DNA of 64,000 bases, from positions 2,356,001 through 2,420,000 of the forward strand of contig CP089277.1 in assembly GCA_023920165.1 (NCBI GenBank), read 5' to 3'. Numbering within the stretch: the first letter of the stretch is position 1; each line of letters begins with the position of its first letter. This document shows, piece after piece, positions 1 to 9,531 of the stretch. The translations under genes and the position numbers were made by a program. Origin of the DNA: Curvularia clavata (Eukaryota). Under the pieces are notes generated by a model that saw only the letters and a list, made by a program, of their open reading frames with translations, was not told the origin of the DNA and ran no database searches.

Positions 1-500
1 TTGGAGATATGTTGAGGAAATGGTTGAGGTTTGGACACCCAGTCCATGAAGTATTGTAAGAGATTCTTCTAGAGATATTGTTAGTAATGCGTTGCGGGCA
101 CAAAACGTGTTGAGTCGACTAGAGAAGAAAATGACCTAGATAGCGTACCAGTGTAGTTTCTTCTCAATACCAAGAATGTGGTGATGAGTGTGCTTGGAAC
201 AAGATATCGCCATTGGAATGCCTCTATTATCCCTACTAACTGTCCTTCACTCCCAAGTGCGTCCTGCGACAATAGCATTGGTGCCTGGTTCGAGGTTCGC
301 CATTTCATCCACAGTAGCAGTACGCTTCCCACTCCCAACATTATCCTGAAGAGTACCCCCACATAGTATGCTGCATGCGCGGGTAGCGTCGTAGGTACAC
401 AACGCGTCGAGACGGTGAACGTGATCGTAGAGGGTGTGGGTTGCAACACACGCAGTGTCTGGGCCGGAGGAGAGGTAAGGCGTTCGGGCAAACTTGACAT
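1..500 (-). CDS. GPI15: GPI-GlcNAc transferase subunit PIG-H/Gpi15-like (3' part runs off the window)
   Basis: Exon 500-149 encodes two hydrophobic stretches and ends LRRNYT. Intron 148-69 (GTACGC...CTAAC...TAG). Exon 2 reads EESLTILHGLGVQTSTISSTYLQ, resembling the fungal PIG-H motif ESLLVLRGLGIQTST. Confidence 0.8.
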
Positions 501-800
501 TATGATCCAATCCCTATATGGGTAGGGTCATTAGGAGACATGCACCAAAGACTGAGCCCCTAAAGCGGGATGTGGGGGAGGGATTGAGACGGCGGAAGAA
601 TGGATGAGCGGGATGACCCGCTGGCCTGGGACGGCTTATCGATAACATTATTTCCCCCAGTCCAGATAGGTTCATGTTTTGGAAGCTCCATAACTACCTT
701 ATTTCAATCCTTTACATCAACATCACTTACTCACCTACATCAACGTCACACTTCTGTGAGAAAGCGCACGTTTACGCTCCTACCGAACACAAAGGGGACC

Positions 801-1433
801 ATGGACTCCTCACGACCATCAGATCGCGACCGGTCGCGCTCCCCCAGACGATCCCCAGCTCCTCGCAAACCCAAGAACTACAGCGGCCTCAAGTACAAAG
901 GCGACCGTGAGCGGCGCGACCCGGACAGACGGCGCGACGACAGAGATCGCGACAGAGAACGAGACCGAGACCGAGAAAGGCGACCAAGAGACTCAGATGA
1001 CAGGAGGCGCGACGACTATAACCGTGACCGTCGCCCTCGCGACGACGAGCGCTCTCACCAGCGCAGAGACACAAGTCGCGATCGCCACCGGCACCGGCGC
1101 TCTCGCTCGCCTCGAGACCGCAAATCACGCGACTCTTCTTCCACCACCAAGGAGCCTAAGAAGTCCGCCCCAGCTGCCTCGACCACGCCTTCCGAGCCTA
1201 TGATCCTCGTCACCATAAACGATCGTCTCGGCACAAAGACTCAAGTTCCCTGTCTGCCCAGCGACCCTATAAAACTGCTCAAAGCCATGGTGGCGGCGAA
1301 GATTGGGCGACCAGTGCACGAGATTATGCTTAAGAGACAGGGAGAGAGGCCGTTTCATGATAATTTGACGTGTGCGGATTATGCGATTAGTAACGGAGTG
1401 CAAATTGACTTGGAGCTGAATACGGGTGACTAG
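801..1433 (+). CDS. Hub1/UBL5-like ubiquitin-fold protein with long RS/RD-rich N-terminal extension
   Basis: ATG at 801 in good context (accATGg). Residues ~1-130 are Arg/Asp/Ser dipeptide-rich (RSRSPRRSP, RDRDRERDRDRE). The C-terminal domain (1200-1433) MILVTINDRLGTKTQVPCLPSD...DY resembles Hub1 MIEVVVNDRLGKKVRVKC...D. Confidence 0.85.
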   Translation: MDSSRPSDRDRSRSPRRSPAPRKPKNYSGLKYKGDRERRDPDRRRDDRDRDRERDRDRERRPRDSDDRRRDDYNRDRRPRDDERSHQRRDTSRDRHRHRRSRSPRDRKSRDSSSTTKEPKKSAPAASTTPSEPMILVTINDRLGTKTQVPCLPSDPIKLLKAMVAAKIGRPVHEIMLKRQGERPFHDNLTCADYAISNGVQIDLELNTGD

Positions 1434-1711
1434 AGGGATTTGGAGGATTGGATAGTGGAAATTGAAAGACTGAAGTCAAATCAGGGCGGTCTCAGAGGGG
1501 GCGATGTTTGGAAAATTTGGAGTCTGAAAACGCATGGATGTATGATACCCAGAGGAACTGGAGAGAGACGATTTAGTGTGGATCTGTCAAGGCAGATCAC
1601 CGCCCAAGTGTGGAAGATTGGACTTGCGTGATCTGAATCTGAGGCTCCCAACGTTGAAAGGGGTATATTTCAAATCAATATGTACATATCGTACAGGTTC
1701 CCATGAGTGAT

Positions 1712-3640
1712 CTACTCATCCGCATCTTCCTCCTTTCCCCTGACCTTCTCAGCGTCGACAATTCCCTTCCTGGCTCTGTACCTCTCATTCACCACCTCGA
1801 CAGGGTCCTGCCTTTCCCTCTTCAAAACCATCGTATAGTTCCCCTTTGCCCTGCCAAAGTTCCCTCCCTCAAACACCCTCGGCCCGCCCTTCGCGATGCC
1901 CACGGTTTGCTCCGAAAGTGGTATCTCAGTATCAAGTGTAGAATTGCCCAAGTCTGCGATCTTGTCTAAAAGAAGAGCAGAAAGCGTCTCTTCAATCTTG
2001 TTGCCGCGCCACACTTCCCAAACATCATCGATGACGCCGCCGCGCCCCCATTTTCCTTTTCCAATAGTGGCAGGTCCGCCTCCCTTTTTCGCTGTGCCTT
2101 TGGCTTTTGGCTCGGAACCGCCTTCGTCGCCAACGTAGATCCAGTTTAGTCGGTCTTCGTAGCCGTGCTCGCGCTCGTCGGAGCTTTGGACTTCGTCGGG
2201 GTGCGGAAAGATGCAGTCCCATAGGACGAGGGGCGCATCGGATGCCATTTCATATTTCGGACGTGTGGGGTTGGCGGATATATCGAGGAGTTGGGGAACG
2301 AGGGATGGCGATTCGAGGCCTTGACCGATGAGGAAGAGGATGGCGACGAGGGAACGGACTTGGTGCCATAGGAATGCTGAGCCATGAAGTGTGAAGGAGT
2401 AGAGTTTCGGTTGTTGTTCTGTACCTGAAACTTGTAAAGCAGGGTGGGAAAGGAACCCTGGCACGGATAATGACGACACTTCTTCGATATCGGCGTGGAA
2501 GATGCGGCGCTGAAAGTTTGTGATTTGTTTGCTGGCATCAATTTTGCAGAAGTTACGGAAATCATGCAGGCCAATGAGGTGTTTACAGCCTTGCCTCATG
2601 GCTTCAATGTCGAGCCAGCCCTCGCGCATCCTAACTTTGTTTTCTGAAGACGCGGAAGCATTCGTGTCGTATAGACCTGTAGACCCAGGCACAGGGGCAA
2701 AACAGGGGTTCGTGAAGAAGTATTTGTATCTTCGCTCCTTGCAGGAGAAGCGTGCACTGAAATCTGGTGGCGGGTTTGGGCACCAAGCATATACACGAAT
2801 ATCAGGCGGAAGGACGCGGTTTAGTAGCTGAATGTAGGGAAGTTCGTCGGTGAGATCGTTAAACGGCTTCGAGGGGGTCTCGGAATTGTCTTTCGGAGAC
2901 ACTATAGAGTCCTCTTGTTCTTCTCGATTGCCCTCTGGAGACTCTTGCGCTGGCTTAGACGTCTTTGGCAAAGGCCTGTTACTCCGAACCCTGACGCCAA
3001 TAACCTGTCCGAAAGCGCTTACGCCTCTGTCTGTTCTTCCGCATTTTGAATACTCGCAGCCATCCCAATTGACATCGGCACCTTCTCTATCCCAGTTTGC
3101 AAAAGTCTTTCTATCAATTCTCTCATATGCCTTCTCGTTCCCTGCTGTGGAGACCGGGGTTATCAAACGGGTCTTTACCAGTGCTTTCCATAGCTCTTCC
3201 TCTATTGTTGGTAGTGGGGTTGAGTTGTTCTTGTGGTGCTCGAATCCGTTGTACTTTTGGCCCAAGTATGCAAATTTGAGCGCTATTAACCGCGTACTGT
3301 ACTTGGAGGCGTCGAATACTTTTGGTGGCGGCTTGGCAGCCTTGCGAATCTCCAGTGGCTTGGAAGGATCTGTGGATAGTGATGTCTGTTGGTCCAGAGA
3401 TACCGCGGATGGGTTTTGGCCATTTGCTCCTATTTGCCTCTCCAGCTCTTGTATCCTTGCAATCAATTGCTGCTGAGACCACTCCTCATACCCCGCCATC
3501 TTCCCTCTCTTCCCATACGATTCTCGGAACTGCACACGCCGTGGCACTCTAGAAAGCTTATGGAAGCCGCGCTGGGGGCAGAATATCCGATGTAACGAAC
3601 GTTGGAACTCTGGAAAGGCGTGGGTGAGCGACCCGCGCAT
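1712..3640 (-). CDS. PUS3: tRNA pseudouridine(38/39) synthase, TruA family
   Basis: Intronless 642-aa ORF with IALKFAYLG, catalytic CGRTDRGVSA, FSARFSC, HDFRNFCK and GSAFLWHQVR motifs. A second in-frame ATG lies at 3499. Confidence 0.93.
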   Translation of the reverse strand: MRGSLTHAFPEFQRSLHRIFCPQRGFHKLSRVPRRVQFRESYGKRGKMAGYEEWSQQQLIARIQELERQIGANGQNPSAVSLDQQTSLSTDPSKPLEIRKAAKPPPKVFDASKYSTRLIALKFAYLGQKYNGFEHHKNNSTPLPTIEEELWKALVKTRLITPVSTAGNEKAYERIDRKTFANWDREGADVNWDGCEYSKCGRTDRGVSAFGQVIGVRVRSNRPLPKTSKPAQESPEGNREEQEDSIVSPKDNSETPSKPFNDLTDELPYIQLLNRVLPPDIRVYAWCPNPPPDFSARFSCKERRYKYFFTNPCFAPVPGSTGLYDTNASASSENKVRMREGWLDIEAMRQGCKHLIGLHDFRNFCKIDASKQITNFQRRIFHADIEEVSSLSVPGFLSHPALQVSGTEQQPKLYSFTLHGSAFLWHQVRSLVAILFLIGQGLESPSLVPQLLDISANPTRPKYEMASDAPLVLWDCIFPHPDEVQSSDEREHGYEDRLNWIYVGDEGGSEPKAKGTAKKGGGPATIGKGKWGRGGVIDDVWEVWRGNKIEETLSALLLDKIADLGNSTLDTEIPLSEQTVGIAKGGPRVFEGGNFGRAKGNYTMVLKRERQDPVEVVNERYRARKGIVDAEKVRGKEEDADE

Positions 3641-4401
3641 TGTTTGGTGGCATGGCGGATGACAGTCATAATTTTTGGCATGCAGCCTGACGTTCAGGGT
3701 CCAGTAAGTCTAGCCGAGGGAGGCAAGGCTGATCGACGACCCCACGTTCAGCCTCCTCTTGTGCCATCTCGTCTCACTTCCTGTCATCTCATCCCTCTGC
3801 TCGGTTCAGACACGAGGGAACTGCATACCGAAGCCATGTGATCATATGCGAACCGTCTGCTGTGCGTATCGCCGCTCAACCAACAGCCGCCAAGCGATCT
3901 GCGAGCGTAATCATCCCTGCGCCTTAACACATCCCGCCCACTCCCGAGAGTCCAGCATTGCTACTGCATTTATCAGTTACCCGTTTCAGCTTTCGCTCTT
4001 GCTGAACAATACTTGGACCATTGGACTTTCGTGCAGATTCCCGCTTGTTGTACGATTCATGGAGCGCACTAGGCTGTGTCGGTGGTACTAGGCAGCCATC
4101 TAGACCAGGCAGCTGTTAGGCAGCTCTCAGGCACAGCCCCCCGCATAGGGTATATCTTGAGCGTCGAGACTCCCTTTCATATCCATCTTCAACTCACATC
4201 CTGATTTGTCTCAATCATCCACACCACCTTACTACCATTTTCCCCATTGATGTTGTAGCTGCTGCTGAGAAAACGCCAGTGTGAAAGCATTCGTTTCGTC
4301 TCTCGTGAACTCGCTGCACCTTTGTAGAATTTGTGACCTGCCAAGATTATTCTCATAAATTCACCCAACTGCTGCGGCTTGTCGTACTTCGAGTCACCCT
4401 C

Positions 4402-7400
4402 ATGATGTTCAGCGGTTTTCATCAGCAAGCTCCGGTACACATTTGTGGGCTGTACTACATCGACGCGTTTCTGGGATGGCAAAGCGGGAAGCGCTTTCTT
4501 CCACAAGTCAAACTTGAAGCAAAAGCTACCATTCTTGCTACCACCTCCCAAACCGTACTCACGCAGACTTTTGTCAATCCATCCAACGTCAAGGGTATCA
4601 AGGAATGTCGTTATACCTTTCCACTCTTTGACGGCGTCAGTGTCGTAGGCTTCACATGCCATATCGGCGAGCGAAAGATCGTTGGCCAGGTCAAAGAGAG
4701 AGAAAAAGCAAGGGCCGTGTTCCAAGACGCAGTTGCAAGAGGTGAGACGGCCGGACTGCTTGAACAGCTACCAGATGCTTCAGATGTCTTCTCCACGACC
4801 GTTGGGAATATTCCCCCTGGAGCACAGGTTGTCATCAAAATCACTTACCTGGGCGAGCTGAAGCACGACATGGAGGTCGATGGCATCAGATTCACGATTC
4901 CTAACATCATATGTCCAAGATATGGTGACTACCCAGGCACATTGTGTAAGAGCTCAGCCACCGATGCCATGGGCACTAGTATCTCGATAACCGTGGACGC
5001 GGACATGGCCGATGGATCTTTCATCCAGAAGGTGCAGTCGCCAACACACCCCATTTCAATGACAATGGGCACAACTTCGACTGCACCCAATGCAGAGCCC
5101 AAAATGACAAAAGCATCAGCTACCCTCACGCTTGGCACTGCAGAACTAGACAAGGATTTCGTTCTGCAGGTCATTGCCAAAAACACAGGAGTACCAAAAG
5201 CCATCCTCGAGACCCATCCGACAATTTCAGGTCATAGGGCCTTGATGGCAACGCTAGTGCCAAAATTTGCCCTACCCCCTGAAAAGCCCGAGATCGTATT
5301 CGTATGCGATCGCAGTGGTAGCATGGGTGGTACCAGGATTGAACTTGCAAAACAAGCGCTCAAGGTTTTTTTGAAATCACTTCCCGTTGGAGTCAAGTTC
5401 AATATTTGCTCTTTTGGCTGGCAGCACTTCTTCCTTTGGGACAAGAGCGCCACCTACAACCAGCAGACGCTTGATGAAGCAATGAATCATGCGAATATAT
5501 TCACAGCAAACCTAGGTGGCACTGAAATGTTGGGGCCACTGAAAGCTACCATTGAGCGACGGTACAAGGACATGCCCCTCGATATCATGTTGCTCACTGA
5601 TGGTGAGGACTGGAGACAGCAACAGCTCTTCTCTTACCTCAACGAAGCGATTTTGTCAACCAAGGCTCCCATCCGAATATTTACATTGGGAATTGGGAAC
5701 GGAGTCTCACATGCCATGATTGAGGGATTAGCCAAGGCAGGAAATGGCTTTTCGCAGGCGGTTGGTGAGGGCGAACCAATGAACACCAAAGTCGTCCGGA
5801 TGTTGAAAGGAGCACTATCCCCGCATATCAATGACTATACTCTCGAAGTCAAGTATAACAGTGACGATATCTCTGCTCATCTGGATGTCGAGCCTGATGA
5901 TGATTTTGAGATTGTCGAAAAGGTCACCGATAGCCTCAAGGTCAAACTTGATATCAACGAGGAGAAAGTCGCTCCAGAGAAAACAGTAAGCTCGAAACCG
6001 ATTATTTTAGCCAACCCAGCAACTGATGATTACCAGAACAAACCAATTTCTCTATTCGATCCAGAAGCAGATCCTGACCAAGAAGAGCAGCCTGAACATG
6101 ACGAGACAGGAGAAAATCGATATGCCCACCTCCCCAAACTACACGTCCCAAAAATCATCCAGGCACCACAAAACATCCCATCGCTATTTGCTTTCCACCG
6201 CACTTCAGTTTACCTTCTTCTTGGCCCTAACGCCCCACAAGGAACACCCACTTCAGTCGTTCTCCGCGGTACCAGCGCCCATGGACCCCTCGAACTCGAG
6301 ATCCCCATCCAAGTTCTTGAGAAGCCAGGGGAGACGATCCATCAGCTTGCCGCCAAAAAGGCCATTTCCGAGCTGGAACAGGGACGCGGTTGGCTTTTGG
6401 AAGCAAAAGATGAATCGGACACATTAATCAAGACCAAGTTCGAAGGACGCTACGACGATATGGTCGAGCGCGAAGCCGTCCGTCTAGGTGTACAGTTCCA
6501 AGTCGGCGGCAAATGGTGTTCCTTCGTGGCTATAGAGTCCAACAGGGAAGAAGCAGAAGCCCAAGGCAAAGCCGCACAAGGCTGGGAGTGGCTAGAAGAC
6601 GAATTCAATATCGAGAATGCTACACAAGAGCCTGCAACACAGTTTGGCGGCGTCCCTGCTCCTACGCAGCGGACTAAGAGTAATTCACCTCGTGGGTTTG
6701 GCGCATCTAGCGGCCCGTTCAATTTTGGAAATTCCAACCAGCAACCTGCTGCTGTTGCTTTCGGAGCACCTAGCACGAATAGCGGAGGACTCTTTGGGTC
6801 TACTAATACCGGTAGTAACAATCTATCTGGAGCGCCTGGTACCAGTTTCTTTGGAGCTCCAAGTGCTGGCGGTCTCTTTGGGGCATCCAACACGACAAGT
6901 ACTGGTTTTGGAGGTAACAATCAATCTAATGGAGGTCTTTTTGGATCCGTCAATCCAAGTGGTCCTTCTGGAAATAGCAACCAATCTGGCGGAGCTCTCT
7001 TCGGCGCCCATAACGCGAACATTGGTGGTCTCTTCGGATCTGCCAACCCAGCCAGTGCCTCTTCCTTCGGAAAAACATCTTTCTTCTCTGCACCCAGTCC
7101 AAGCCAGGGCAGCGTTTTCGGATCCTCTGCACAGAATCAGAATAACAGTGGGTCATCCCTATTCTCCGGCCCCAGTCCACCCGGTGGCTCTCTATTTGGC
7201 GCTCCAGCACCCTCCCCTCCAGGTAACAAGACCCTGCAAGACTATCAAATGGGTCTCATGTTGCTGGAGCAGCAGAACAAGAAACGACTACTCTTTGCGA
7301 GACAGGAAAATGACGATACAGGGTCTCAACCGCTTCCTCCAGCTCCTCCCAGCGCACCAGCTCCTGTTGTTGATGCAGCCCTCCTAGCGCAATATGAAAA

Positions 7401-7788
7401 AGAGCTTAATAGTTCAGCTGCTCAGATGCCTCTTCCTTTGGCTCTCCGCAGCGAAGATTTCGTTCATCATCTCATCTCCCTGCAATCTTTCGCCGGCTCC
7501 TGGTCCCTGACGTCCGACCTGCTCAACTCCCTTGAGCTTGAGGAGGCACGCGTGAAGGCCGAAATGAGCCAGGCCGAGGGCGATGCTGCGTTGGATGAAA
7601 CAGTGCTCGCGACTGCTCTTGCCATAGCAATATTTCAGGATTACCTGTCAGAGTGGAAGGGAAGTTGGGAGCTTATTGTCGAAAAGGGGCGGAGCTGGCT
7701 AGAAGGAGAGGTTGGGGCAGAAACGGCCGGGAAGTATCTGGAACGAGCGCGCAAGGTTGTTGAACAGAGTGTGTTGTCTGAGTTGTAA
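4402..7788 (+). CDS. VIT + von Willebrand factor A domain protein (VWA5A-like) with FG-repeat region
   Basis: VIT domain (LTQTFVNP...YTFPLFDG...GLLEQ...DVFSTTVGN), vWA MIDAS (VFVCDRSGSM, GGT, LLTDG) and a C-terminal LISLQSFAGSW...WELIVEKGRSWL domain. Probable in-frame 51-nt intron at 5986-6036 (GTAAGC...CTGAT...CAG). Confidence 0.9.
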   Translation: MMFSGFHQQAPVHICGLYYIDAFLGWQSGKRFLPQVKLEAKATILATTSQTVLTQTFVNPSNVKGIKECRYTFPLFDGVSVVGFTCHIGERKIVGQVKEREKARAVFQDAVARGETAGLLEQLPDASDVFSTTVGNIPPGAQVVIKITYLGELKHDMEVDGIRFTIPNIICPRYGDYPGTLCKSSATDAMGTSISITVDADMADGSFIQKVQSPTHPISMTMGTTSTAPNAEPKMTKASATLTLGTAELDKDFVLQVIAKNTGVPKAILETHPTISGHRALMATLVPKFALPPEKPEIVFVCDRSGSMGGTRIELAKQALKVFLKSLPVGVKFNICSFGWQHFFLWDKSATYNQQTLDEAMNHANIFTANLGGTEMLGPLKATIERRYKDMPLDIMLLTDGEDWRQQQLFSYLNEAILSTKAPIRIFTLGIGNGVSHAMIEGLAKAGNGFSQAVGEGEPMNTKVVRMLKGALSPHINDYTLEVKYNSDDISAHLDVEPDDDFEIVEKVTDSLKVKLDINEEKVAPEKTVSSKPIILANPATDDYQNKPISLFDPEADPDQEEQPEHDETGENRYAHLPKLHVPKIIQAPQNIPSLFAFHRTSVYLLLGPNAPQGTPTSVVLRGTSAHGPLELEIPIQVLEKPGETIHQLAAKKAISELEQGRGWLLEAKDESDTLIKTKFEGRYDDMVEREAVRLGVQFQVGGKWCSFVAIESNREEAEAQGKAAQGWEWLEDEFNIENATQEPATQFGGVPAPTQRTKSNSPRGFGASSGPFNFGNSNQQPAAVAFGAPSTNSGGLFGSTNTGSNNLSGAPGTSFFGAPSAGGLFGASNTTSTGFGGNNQSNGGLFGSVNPSGPSGNSNQSGGALFGAHNANIGGLFGSANPASASSFGKTSFFSAPSPSQGSVFGSSAQNQNNSGSSLFSGPSPPGGSLFGAPAPSPPGNKTLQDYQMGLMLLEQQNKKRLLFARQENDDTGSQPLPPAPPSAPAPVVDAALLAQYEKELNSSAAQMPLPLALRSEDFVHHLISLQSFAGSWSLTSDLLNSLELEEARVKAEMSQAEGDAALDETVLATALAIAIFQDYLSEWKGSWELIVEKGRSWLEGEVGAETAGKYLERARKVVEQSVLSEL

Positions 7789-9531
7789 CTAGGTTGTAAT
7801 TAGGGGGTTTTGATAATGGTCGTTAGAAAAGGGAAAATAAAAAGGGTGAAGTTCATCTTGTGTGCGATGCAAGGGGCTGGCCTGATCGAGCGGTAATGGT
7901 GTTGCAAGTGCTTATCACATGACGTACTCGTACTAGGTAGAAACATGTATCAAGAAAATAAACGTCGGTAAATGATAACCACTAAGATTTGATATGCAAC
8001 CAGAAACTGTGACACAAGACTTCGATCGTCGCTTTGTACTCTATATCATGCAGTGACATTGTGCATCGTTGCACCACTCGGCGAGTTTCTAGGGATTAGG
8101 TAGACTAGGCAGACGCGCGAAACCGACTGGTGAGATAGATGGTTTAGTCAAAGTTAGGCATCTGTCACATGTAGTAGGTGGCGTCAGGGTCATGTACAGT
8201 CAACACGCTGAGTCCTTCTAAGCTCAATATGTGTACATCACTATACCCTTTTTGCAGGACCAACTTGTTGGCGGCGGAGTCCTGAATTACTTGCGTCCGA
8301 TCAATATTGGCTGACATGGGTGCCATTCCTGTGGGAACAAGCACCCAAGAGCGCAGCCACAGGAAGTACATACACTACGAAGAAAAAAAGGAGGCAGGTT
8401 GGAGGAAGACGGGTAAAATAACTTTGGACGACAGATGATAGCGAAAGCAGGTCTTCAGTAACCTGGACCGGCGCATGTTTTTAGTTGGTCATTCGTGCGA
8501 TGAGAAGGCTTGCGTGAATTCTAGAAAAGGCCCGAAAAGTAGCGTCCAGCAAGTAGCGGCAGATGAAAGGTCGATCTTTGCAAATGTTTCGAATTCCTGA
8601 AAGCCAAATTCCGCCACGTTCCGATAACTCCCTCAATGGCGTCCGATAGATAACCCCCGTGAGCGTTGTTGAACCGTCCAGCTGAGCTTTTTCTCGAGGC
8701 AGCAGCCGGTGTGCTGCAAGAGCGAGACGACTGCAGCCCTGTTACAGGCTCAGCACACTCAGCTCACCTGCAGGCTCAGATAATAATAATCTTTGCCACT
8801 AGACAAACCCCGATCATGACCTTCGATTCCAAGACGGAACCAAAGGCCTGAACAACGTCAGTTATGCAGGTATCATTCGTATAGTTGCTAGCGAAGCCAT
8901 TTTGAGGACCTGGCGGGTTTCAAAACGCCGTCCGTGGTGGAGCTGAACCAAGATAGGACGCGGGAGAGCTAAAGAGCGGAAGGGGGAAAAGCAATGTGCA
9001 ACAATTGTACACATGCAGGCGTGCGATTGGTCTGAAGCCAACACGGGAACTTACTTTACTTAGGATCGCAGTCGCGCCCCCCACAACATTTCCCCGAACC
9101 ACAGGGCCATGTTTACATTGCGAGATAAGCTTCTGAATTGGAGTGGCTGTCAGGTCTCCCTTACCAAGAATAAATCGCGGGTAGATGTGCCATGCAGTCA
9201 TGTGCTATAAGGCTAAGCCCCTCACCGCGCCTTGGTGACCGTGCCGCTATCTTCCCTTCCCGTCTGACATCTCCCTCTTTCTTTCTTCACTGTCTGGATC
9301 TTCTTTTTCTGTCCTAGACATTGCACGATTTCAACACTCCTTTGCGAACCGACCCTTTTCCCGCCGACTACAACGAGCTTTGTAGTGTTATTGCCAATGC
9401 GCCTATCGACCTGGAGCCCACTATGACCTCACGACGACCGCATCCTCCCACTCTCAAAAAGCCCGGCGGATAGCGATCGATTTCTGTTGTTAGAGTGGGC
9501 TTTTTGAGCCTACTCTGACAAATTTCCGACA

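Noticed and set aside
600..800. Upstream in-frame extension of the Hub1-like ORF
   Set aside because: Lies in the 300-bp divergent promoter shared with the PIG-H gene; ATG 801 has better context.
6617..7387. 256-aa alternate-frame ORF in the vWA gene
   Set aside because: By-product of low-complexity FG-repeat codons; no independent start signal or motif.
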